Shown here piece after piece: positions 9,745 to 16,854 of a stretch of 64,000 nucleotides of DNA (within the stretch, counting starts at the first letter, position 1; every line of letters starts with the position of its first letter). Under the pieces are notes generated by a model, which ran no database searches, was not told where the DNA came from, and saw only the letters and a list, made by a program, of their open reading frames with translations. The stretch is from contig CANMWZ010000003.1 in NCBI GenBank assembly GCA_947501605.1, positions 11,746 to 75,745 on the forward strand. The letters are read 5' to 3'. The DNA is from Planctomycetota bacterium (lineage in GTDB: Bacteria > Planctomycetota > UBA1135 > UBA2386). The translations under genes and the position numbers were made by a program.

Positions 9745-10869
9745 ATGGACATCGCGGTACTCGGCGGCGGACGGTCGCCCGAACACGACATCTCGTTGCT
9801 GTCAGCGCGAATGGTGATGCGTCACCTCGACCGGCAACGCTTTCGGGTGTGGCCGGTGTTCCTCGACCGCGATGGCGGCTTCTGGCCTCAGCGCAAACCG
9901 CTGCTGGCGAGCGAGACCTGGACGCCCGGCGATCGTTCGGCGGCACTCGGCCCGATGCGTCCCGGAACTGCGCTCGATTGGCTGCTGGAATGCGCACGCG
10001 TCGAGATGGTGTTTCCGGTGCTGCACGGCCCCTTCGGAGAGGACGGACGACTGCAGGGCATGCTCGAACTGTACAACGTGCCCTTCGTCGGCTCCGGCTG
10101 CTTGGCGTCGGCGCTGGCAATGAACAAGCAGCGCACTCGCCAAGTTTTGCAGACGGCGGGCGTTCGCCTCGCCAACGCCTACGTCCCAGAGGCCTCACTC
10201 CAGCAGTGCGATACCGAGTACGAATGGGCGCGGCTGCAGGTAGCAGTTGGCCTCCCGTGCTTCTGCAAGGCGGAGTGCTCGGGCAGCAGCCGTGGCGTCG
10301 CACGAGTTAGCTCCCGTGCCGAGTTCGAGGCCTTCGTGGCCGCAGCACGCCCGACCTTCGAGCGCTGGTTCGCGGAGTCTTTGGTAACCGGCGTGGAGAT
10401 CACGGTGCCGGTCCTCGGCAACTGTGGTGAACCCCTGGAGCCGCTGCCGCCAGTTGGCATCTATCCACGCTTCTCCGACCATTTCGACGAGCGCGCCAAG
10501 TACGAGAAGGGTGCCTGTGACGAGATCGCACCGCCGCGCGGTTGGACTACGGAGCAGTGCCGCGAAGTGCAGAACATCGCCATGCGCTGCCACCGTGAAC
10601 TTGGCTGTGACGGGATGTCGCGCACCGACATGATCATGGGCCAGGACGGCCCCGTGGTACTGGAGGTGAACACCATCCCTGGGATGACGGAAACGAGTCT
10701 CCTGCCGAAGTCTGCCGCGGCGGTCGGCATGTCGATGGCGATGCTGCTGTCGCGCCTAGTCGATCATGCGGTTGCTCGCACCAAAGGCGCGGTGGCCCAT
10801 TCGTTCCCTGCGCGCAGCCAACCGACGCCGATCCTGCGGCCTACGGATCTTGCGGCCGAACACGGGTAG
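9745..10869 (+). CDS. ddl: D-alanine--D-alanine ligase
   Basis: AVLGGGRSPEHDISLLSA, VLHGPFGEDGRLQGMLELYNVPFVGSG and EVNTIPGMTETSLLPKSA. ATP-grasp architecture. Confidence 0.9.
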   Translation: MDIAVLGGGRSPEHDISLLSARMVMRHLDRQRFRVWPVFLDRDGGFWPQRKPLLASETWTPGDRSAALGPMRPGTALDWLLECARVEMVFPVLHGPFGEDGRLQGMLELYNVPFVGSGCLASALAMNKQRTRQVLQTAGVRLANAYVPEASLQQCDTEYEWARLQVAVGLPCFCKAECSGSSRGVARVSSRAEFEAFVAAARPTFERWFAESLVTGVEITVPVLGNCGEPLEPLPPVGIYPRFSDHFDERAKYEKGACDEIAPPRGWTTEQCREVQNIAMRCHRELGCDGMSRTDMIMGQDGPVVLEVNTIPGMTETSLLPKSAAAVGMSMAMLLSRLVDHAVARTKGAVAHSFPARSQPTPILRPTDLAAEHG

Positions 10870-10875
10870 CCCCCG

Positions 10876-13245
10876 GTGACGGACAGAATGGCAATCCTCG
10901 GCGAATCCAAACGCAGCGCCCCCGTTTCGCCGATGTCCATGTCCTTGATCTCGAGCCAGGATCCACAGTCATCGCTGCCGAACGCCGCCATCGACGATGC
11001 GGGAGCAGGCATGTTCGACTGGCTTTGGTCGATCGCAAACCACACGGGTGTCGTGGAAACGCTGGTTGCGGGTTTCATCGTGCTCGTGTTGGTGTGGTTC
11101 TGGCTGCGCGCGAGTCGCCACGTCGAACGCGTCCGCAGTCGCGCACTGTTGCAGGACTACTTGCTCGGTGTCGAGCAGGCGCTCCACGGCGATCTGGACG
11201 GAGCCCACGCACGACTCGAGCGGGTTCTGCAGGCCGACCCCGAGAACCACTACGCACGGCTGCTGCTCGGCAAGGTCCTGGCCGAGCGCGGCGAGCCGGC
11301 AGCCGCGCACAAGCACCACCTCGTCCTTGCCGGCGCATTCCTCGTCGAGAGTGCGGAGAATGCACTCGACCTCGCGCGCGCGCTGCAGCGGTGTGGCCGA
11401 CCGGGCGAAGCAGCCGACGCGGCAGAACGCGTGCTCCGTGAGGATCCGCAGAACGCGGCGGCCTTGGAGTTGACGTTTCGGGCGCGACTGCAAGCCGGCG
11501 ACCATGAGGCGGCGGCGACTCTGGCTCCCCGTCTGCTCAACGTCCGTCGCTCCCCAGAACACGCGGCAGCCGTGCGCCAGGACATCGCCAGCGTGTTGGC
11601 GGAAGTAGGCATGCAGCGACTTCGCCGCGGCGATGCGGCTTCGGCGCAGAAACTGCTCGACCGAGCTGCGCTCGCGAGTCCACACGAACCCAGCGTCCGA
11701 CTGTTGGCTGCGCGCTTGGAGGTGGCCAGCAGCAGTGCCGCCGCGGTGACGCGGCGCTTGCTCGCCGATGCATCATCCACCGGCAACGCTCCGTTGGCGG
11801 TCGCTGCGAGCCCAAGTGCGGCACTCCCGACCTCGGTTCTCGGCGGTGCGTCGGCACACGTCCCACCCTGGCTGCGCGCGATCGCGCCACTGCTGCCAGC
11901 GGGACGATGGCGCTGCTCCTCCTGCGGACAGGTTCTCAAGGCGGCTGAAGGCCGTTGCCCGCGCTGCACCGCAGAGGGATTGGCGCTCGTTGACGAACCG
12001 CTGCTGTTCACCCCGGTCGATGCACCCGGCCACGTTGCCGACGCGATCGAGGCCAACACAGCGCACGTTCGTCGCACCGTCCGCGCCGCCCTCGACGCCG
12101 ACACAGCTGCAGACTCCACCAACGAGGCCACTGCACGCCTGCGGCAGGCCGTGCTCGAACTGGGCGAACGGGGCGTCAGCGAGCTGTTGGCGGCTGCGAC
12201 GCAGGGGGACGAAGGCCGTTCTGCCACCGCCATCGCGCTGCTGCAAGCGATCGGTCCCGCTGTGACGCCAGCGTTGTTTGCGAGCGCCGAGGCCATGGAG
12301 GACCGCCGCCTTCTGCCAGACGGGGGCGCAATCGCGCACGTGGTCGGCCGGGTGGTTCAGGGCTTCGACCGCAGTGCCTTGCCGCACATCGAAGCGCTGT
12401 TTGCCTCGGCCCGGCCGAATAGCAGGAACATCCTCATCGATTACTTCCTCGGGCTCGCCGACCCCGCGCAGTTCCGCGTCGTCCTCGAGCGCTTTCCGCC
12501 GCTGGAGATCCTCCACCGACTCAACAAGATCGATCGTGCGGTGCTGTTGCGGTTCCTGCAAGCGATCCCGGAAGACAGCTTTGTCGCGACCGTGTTGTTG
12601 CTCGAACCGACCTTTTATCGCGATGAGGATGTGCTCGCAGCCATTCCTTTTGCGCTGCATCCGAGCGTCCTCGAGCGCGTGCTTGTTCAGCGCGGGCCAT
12701 CGCGCGCGTTGACGAGCGATCTGTTGCGCGGGCTCGCCGACGACGCCCTTCGTTTGGTTGCGGACCGCGTCTTGCGTGCCTACGGCCCGCGCGTGCAGGA
12801 CGATTTGCTCTCCGCCTTCGTCGATCGTGATCGCGACGCCGCCGTGCGGAGCCGTATCGGAGACCTGCTCGCAGTCCTTGGCGCATCCGCGGTGGAGCGA
12901 CTGTGCGGCAGCTTCGGGCCCGAGCCTGCAGCACTCGATGACGACTTGCGGAGTGTTCTCGTACGGATGGGGGATGGAGCGACGGATGCCCTCTACGAGG
13001 CGTATGCCCAGCCCGGTTGGATCGAACGTGTGTCTCTCGGTTTCTTTGGACGCGGCGGCAACCGTCGCAATCAGATCGCCCGCGCACTGACCGAACTGGG
13101 CACCGCGCGCGCCGACGGTGTGCTGCAGCGACTGCGCGAGGACGAGACGGACCCGGATCTGAAACTGCGTCTCCAGCAAGCCCTTCATCAGCGACGCACG
13201 CAACAGGAACGCACACCAGGAGGAACCAATGAGCAAACTCGGTGA
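10876..13245 (+). CDS. Membrane-anchored TPR protein with a rubredoxin-type zinc finger (LapB/YciM-like N-terminal half) fused to a roughly 400-aa helical-repeat C-terminal half
   Basis: TM helix (VVETLVAGFIVLVLVWFWL), then TPR-like helices, then CSSC-x10-CPRC at 11914-11967, then a long Leu/Ala-rich repeat region. The start is uncertain: GTG 10876, or the ATG giving MFDWLW. Confidence 0.6.
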   Translation: MTDRMAILGESKRSAPVSPMSMSLISSQDPQSSLPNAAIDDAGAGMFDWLWSIANHTGVVETLVAGFIVLVLVWFWLRASRHVERVRSRALLQDYLLGVEQALHGDLDGAHARLERVLQADPENHYARLLLGKVLAERGEPAAAHKHHLVLAGAFLVESAENALDLARALQRCGRPGEAADAAERVLREDPQNAAALELTFRARLQAGDHEAAATLAPRLLNVRRSPEHAAAVRQDIASVLAEVGMQRLRRGDAASAQKLLDRAALASPHEPSVRLLAARLEVASSSAAAVTRRLLADASSTGNAPLAVAASPSAALPTSVLGGASAHVPPWLRAIAPLLPAGRWRCSSCGQVLKAAEGRCPRCTAEGLALVDEPLLFTPVDAPGHVADAIEANTAHVRRTVRAALDADTAADSTNEATARLRQAVLELGERGVSELLAAATQGDEGRSATAIALLQAIGPAVTPALFASAEAMEDRRLLPDGGAIAHVVGRVVQGFDRSALPHIEALFASARPNSRNILIDYFLGLADPAQFRVVLERFPPLEILHRLNKIDRAVLLRFLQAIPEDSFVATVLLLEPTFYRDEDVLAAIPFALHPSVLERVLVQRGPSRALTSDLLRGLADDALRLVADRVLRAYGPRVQDDLLSAFVDRDRDAAVRSRIGDLLAVLGASAVERLCGSFGPEPAALDDDLRSVLVRMGDGATDALYEAYAQPGWIERVSLGFFGRGGNRRNQIARALTELGTARADGVLQRLREDETDPDLKLRLQQALHQRRTQQERTPGGTNEQTR

Positions 13246-14518
13246 CACGTTCCGCCGAGCCGTGCTCGCACCATTCCGGGCGCTGATGCCAAAGCACCGC
13301 GGTTGGCGCATTGCGCTCGTCACCGTGGTCGTTCTCTTCGTGGCAGCACTACTGGAGCCCGTCGCGAACATCCTCATCAAGCTGTTCGAGCTGTTCCTTC
13401 GCGTCCTCGAGCCGATGCTGCAGACACCGATCGGCCGCATTCTCGTGCTGCTGTTGGTGTTCGCTGGCGCCATCCTCGTGGGCTCGCGGCTCCTCCGAAC
13501 CCGCTTGCAGACCATGCATCACGGAGTGTTGCTGAGCCGCCATCTCGACGCGATCGCCGCTCTGCTGCGTGCAGATCCTCGACGTTCGCGCGACCTGTTC
13601 TTGCGGGTACAGAAGCGCAGGCGGGCGCTGCCAAGCGAGTACCCCGCGCTGGTTCAAGATGCGAACCTCAAGCTCGCCCGCCTTGCCCTCGAGGCCGGAC
13701 GCCATGGGGAAGCCCTGGCTTGGACCTCCCGCGTCGTCGAACCTGGACTCCCGCGCGAACTCGACCGCTCTCTGCGCCAACTACGCCTGCAGGCCCTCCG
13801 CTTGCACGGCTCCGCCCTGCCGGAGACGTTGATGAGCGAAGCACAAGCAGCAGTCGCGGCGCACCCGACGGACTACCGACTCAGGCGCGAGTTGCGCTCC
13901 CTGCAGCTGGAACGCAGCGATTGGAACGCCGTGGCCGAGACCCAGCATCGCGTTCTCGAGTTGGCGCCACCCGCCGCGATTGGACTCGAACGCGAACAAC
14001 TGGGTCGGGATGTCACGGCCGCTGCCGAAGCGGCCCTCGGGCGCGGCGAGTTCGACGTTGCCAAGAAGCTGCAGCGATCCATCGCGAAGCTCCCCGGCCC
14101 GGCGGGGGGGCTGTTGCTAGGGTCCATCCAGCAACGCAAGGGCGACTTGCGTGCGGCGATCAAGGCCTTTGGACAAACGCGTTGTCCCGAGGGCCTCGAC
14201 CGCATCGCCGCGCTCTTGGGTTCCAACCCAGGCGCGATGGACGCGCGCGAGCTGCTCGAGTGCTGCCCGATGCAGGGCACGCTGCTGTTGGTCGCGCGCG
14301 AATTGGCCCGCTCCGGTCAACTCGACGCGGCTCGACGCGCGGCGCAGCAAGCCGCAAATAGCCTGGGCCCGACGCCGACCGTCTGTGGGGTCTTGGCCGA
14401 AGTCCTGCAGCTTCTGGGCCAAGAGGACCAAGCCAAGCTACTCGCCGAGCAGGCAGTGCAGCGACTCCTGGCCCCAGAAACCGGGACCGGCACACAGGCG
14501 AGTTCAGGCTCTGCTTGA
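13229..14518 (+). CDS. Two-TM plus TPR membrane protein (HemY-N-like architecture)
   Basis: Two hydrophobic segments (IALVTVVVLFVAALL and ILVLLLVFAGAILVG) followed by TPR-like helical repeats. Overlaps the upstream gene by 17 nt. Confidence 0.55.
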   Translation: MSKLGDTFRRAVLAPFRALMPKHRGWRIALVTVVVLFVAALLEPVANILIKLFELFLRVLEPMLQTPIGRILVLLLVFAGAILVGSRLLRTRLQTMHHGVLLSRHLDAIAALLRADPRRSRDLFLRVQKRRRALPSEYPALVQDANLKLARLALEAGRHGEALAWTSRVVEPGLPRELDRSLRQLRLQALRLHGSALPETLMSEAQAAVAAHPTDYRLRRELRSLQLERSDWNAVAETQHRVLELAPPAAIGLEREQLGRDVTAAAEAALGRGEFDVAKKLQRSIAKLPGPAGGLLLGSIQQRKGDLRAAIKAFGQTRCPEGLDRIAALLGSNPGAMDARELLECCPMQGTLLLVARELARSGQLDAARRAAQQAANSLGPTPTVCGVLAEVLQLLGQEDQAKLLAEQAVQRLLAPETGTGTQASSGSA

Positions 14519-14555
14519 GTCTCTGGGCTGGGCCGGCATACTGCGCGCCCCCCTC

Positions 14556-14642
14556 GCCGGAGTGGCGGAATCGGCAGACGCACAGGTTTCAAAAACCTGC
14601 GCCCGTAAGGGCGTGCGGGTTCAAGTCCCGCCTCCGGCACCA
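14556..14642 (+). tRNA. tRNA-Leu (anticodon CAA), class II with long variable arm, CCA encoded
   Basis: Hand-folded. Acceptor GCCGGAG/CTCCGGC, anticodon stem CAGGT/ACCTG with loop TTCAAAA, variable arm CGCCCGTAAGGGCGT, T-arm GCGGG-TTCAAGT-CCCGC, then ACCA. Confidence 0.93.
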
Positions 14643-15709
14643 TTCTTTGTTGGTTGCACCGACGGCTTTGTTGGTTGCACCGACGGCTTGGTCGGTTGCA
14701 CCGACGGCAGAGTCGCGCCCTGGACTCCGGCGGGTGCGACGGCCGCCGACTTCGCTTCGAGTTCGACGAGCTTTTGTCGCCGGTCCTTGAGGAAGGCGCT
14801 GTAACCCCGCTCGCCGGCAAAGCGCTCCTCGAGCGCCGCCAGTGCGGCGCGGCACAGTTCGAGATCGGGCCTCTCGGCAACTTCTTGGTTCAGCAAGACG
14901 GCCCCATAGAAATCACGCATGGCGTTGCGGGCTTGGGGCCGCTTGCCCAGACGGTACATCAGTGCGAAGACTCGCCCGGTCTCCTGTTGCGCCGTGGGAT
15001 TGGTTCGATCGACCGTCGCAAGTGTGGCCGCGATCTCCAAGTCGGTGATCAAGCTGGCGATGTCGATAGCTTCTGCTGGAGACCACGTGCCACTGTCCGC
15101 CATCAGATCCCGCGCCTCAACGAGGGTCAGGGAGCCCGCGGCGAGACCGACTTGCAGACGCTGCCGCCGCAGTGATTGCTCGCTACGTTCGGTGGTTGCT
15201 TCGATGGCGAGGAAGTCCCGAGCCGCTGCGACCAACTCCTCGAATGCCGCCACAGACTTCTGGCGATGGCTTTCGTGCGTGCCGAGCACACGGCCGGTGG
15301 CATCGAGCACGACATGGTGAGGAAACCCGCTTCCGCGCCATGCCGGCAGCCTGCGATCCTCCTCTTCGTCAAGGTGCGCGGTCACGTGCACCAGCAGCAC
15401 GATGCTCCGGGCGAAGGCAACGAACTCAGGGCTTGCGAGCACCTCACGTTCGCAGCGGATCGAAGTTCCGCACGGGGTGTAGGACCGGGTGCAGTGCACC
15501 AGGATGAGCTTGCCCTCGCGAGCTGCTGCGCGCTGCGCACTCTGTAGGTCAAGGTGCCACTCGGCGTGACGCAAGAAGGGCTGCGCCAGCTTGTCGGCCC
15601 TCTGCACTTGCAACTCGGCTGATGAGGGCGTCGCTGGCGTCGATTGCCCCGCGAGCGCATGGGAGAACGGCAGAGCGACGAGCAGGGCAGACAGGCACGA
15701 ACGCAGCAT
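14621..15709 (-). CDS. Secreted thioredoxin-fold (Thioredoxin_7/DUF255-like) protein with a C-terminal heptad repeat
   Basis: Signal peptide MLRSCLSALLVALPFSHALAG (start at the internal ATG 15709). GKLILVHCTRSYTPCGTSIRCEREVLASPEFVAF resembles thioredoxin-like domains. The 3' end overlaps the tRNA-Leu 3' end by 22 nt on the opposite strand. Confidence 0.5.
   Translation of the reverse strand: MLRSCLSALLVALPFSHALAGQSTPATPSSAELQVQRADKLAQPFLRHAEWHLDLQSAQRAAAREGKLILVHCTRSYTPCGTSIRCEREVLASPEFVAFARSIVLLVHVTAHLDEEEDRRLPAWRGSGFPHHVVLDATGRVLGTHESHRQKSVAAFEELVAAARDFLAIEATTERSEQSLRRQRLQVGLAAGSLTLVEARDLMADSGTWSPAEAIDIASLITDLEIAATLATVDRTNPTAQQETGRVFALMYRLGKRPQARNAMRDFYGAVLLNQEVAERPDLELCRAALAALEERFAGERGYSAFLKDRRQKLVELEAKSAAVAPAGVQGATLPSVQPTKPSVQPTKPSVQPTKNGAGGGT
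14651..14713. repeat. 21-bp tandem repeat, 3 copies, immediately 3' of tRNA-Leu
   Basis: TGGTTGCACCGACGGCTTTGT / TGGTTGCACCGACGGCTTGGT / CGGTTGCACCGACGGCAGAGT. On the minus strand it encodes (PSVQPTK)x3 at the C-terminus of the 14621-15709 CDS. Confidence 0.9.
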
Positions 15710-15796
15710 GGAGGACCTCGCAGCAGGGAGACGAAGGGCGGGCCCGACGCATTGCTGCACGCCAAACTCCGGGCCTTGTGGCGCGGCGTTGAGGCG

Positions 15797-16177
15797 TTAG
15801 CGGGCCTTGGCCAAGTGCACGAGTCCCTTCTCGCCGACCAGCAAGCCCAGTTCGCGCGCCGCATCGACTACGATCCTGGCGTCGTCGAGGGACACCGCAA
15901 GAGTACGCGCAAGGGCCAACACCAAGCTGCTTTCGGTCACGGTTGCCCGAACGCCTCCCAACTCCGCAAACACCCGTGGCAGGAGGTCCTTGTCGACGAT
16001 CGTGCCATCGGAGCCGCGCTCGGCAACCTCGCTGGCCGCACTCGCGCCCGAACAACAGGGCTCGACGTTGGTGCCGCAGAGGCCACACTGCCCGTGGCCA
16101 TGCACATGAACGACGTGAAGCGCCGTGCCACAATAGGCGCAGCGTTGGCGGTTCTCATCGTGCGGAGCGCTGCTCAT
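15797..16177 (-). CDS. Zinc-ribbon protein (126 aa), hypothetical
   Basis: CAYC-x13-CGLC near the N-terminus. The ATG overlaps the NifU-like stop (ATGA at 16174-16177). Confidence 0.5.
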   Translation of the reverse strand: MSSAPHDENRQRCAYCGTALHVVHVHGHGQCGLCGTNVEPCCSGASAASEVAERGSDGTIVDKDLLPRVFAELGGVRATVTESSLVLALARTLAVSLDDARIVVDAARELGLLVGEKGLVHLAKAR

Positions 16178-16761
16178 CCCATCGTCACGACTAGTTCATC
16201 ATCGATTTCGGTCTGTAGCAGATTCTGGATCGCCATCATCGTTCCCGAGGTCGAACTCGGGCAGCTGCCACAGGCACCCTGGTATCGAATCACCAGCGAC
16301 TTGCCGTCGAGACCCAGCACCTGCAAACCACCGCCATCGCCGGCCAATGCCGGTCGAACACGATCGTCGAGCAACGCGTTGATGCGCGACAGCATTTCGG
16401 GATCACCGCCCTGCGGCAGCGACGCTAGCGGGTTTTCCGAAGCCTCGAGCGCCGGCGGAGTCGAGCACCCGTGCGCCGAGTGTTCCTCCTGCTCGTCGAT
16501 GTGTGACTCGAGCAGGCGCGTGCATTGCTCCGCAACTCCCCGCCAATCGGCCTTGGCGGTCATGCTGACGGTCACGAAGTTCTCGCAGAAGAACAGGGTC
16601 TCGACACCCGGTACGGCGAACAGACCCTGGGCCAGGATGTCGGTGCGTGCGTCCTCGGGTTTGCTGTAGCTGCGAGTCTGACCGCCGCGGGCGAGGGGGC
16701 GATCGACCAGAAACTTGAAGGCGTTGGGATTGGGCGTCGGGAGAATGCTCTGGACCTTCAT
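16174..16761 (-). CDS. NifU/Nfu-type Fe-S cluster assembly scaffold (Nfu_N plus NifU C-terminal domain)
   Basis: N-terminal PTPNPNAFKFLV (Nfu_N) and C-terminal GGGLQVLGLDGKSLVIRYQGACGSCPSSTSGT (CxxC). Confidence 0.85.
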   Translation of the reverse strand: MKVQSILPTPNPNAFKFLVDRPLARGGQTRSYSKPEDARTDILAQGLFAVPGVETLFFCENFVTVSMTAKADWRGVAEQCTRLLESHIDEQEEHSAHGCSTPPALEASENPLASLPQGGDPEMLSRINALLDDRVRPALAGDGGGLQVLGLDGKSLVIRYQGACGSCPSSTSGTMMAIQNLLQTEIDDELVVTMG

Positions 16762-16854
16762 GGTTCGATGCGGGCTCTAGGAGGCCATCAGGATAGCGCA
16801 GTAGGGGCCCCTTGTCGGCCACCGTCTCTTGGACACAAGGGGGGCGCGGCTTTC

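Noticed and set aside
11773-13515. 580-aa minus-strand ORF, plus the 348-aa ORF at 11250..12296
   Set aside because: Both are antisense to the TPR/zinc-finger gene. Their composition is Arg/Ala/Ser-rich, and there are no hydrophobic-core patterns.
14651-14713. Possible CRISPR-like array (also considered for 29635-29696 and 50451-50478)
   Set aside because: These are head-to-tail tandem repeats with no unique spacers, at most 3 units, and no cas genes in the window.
14519-15000. Integrated mobile element at tRNA-Leu or tRNA-Val (50177-51111)
   Set aside because: I found no integrase, excisionase or transposase-like ORF, and no downstream direct repeat of either tRNA 3' end within the window. 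Only the weaker remnant hypotheses are kept as findings.
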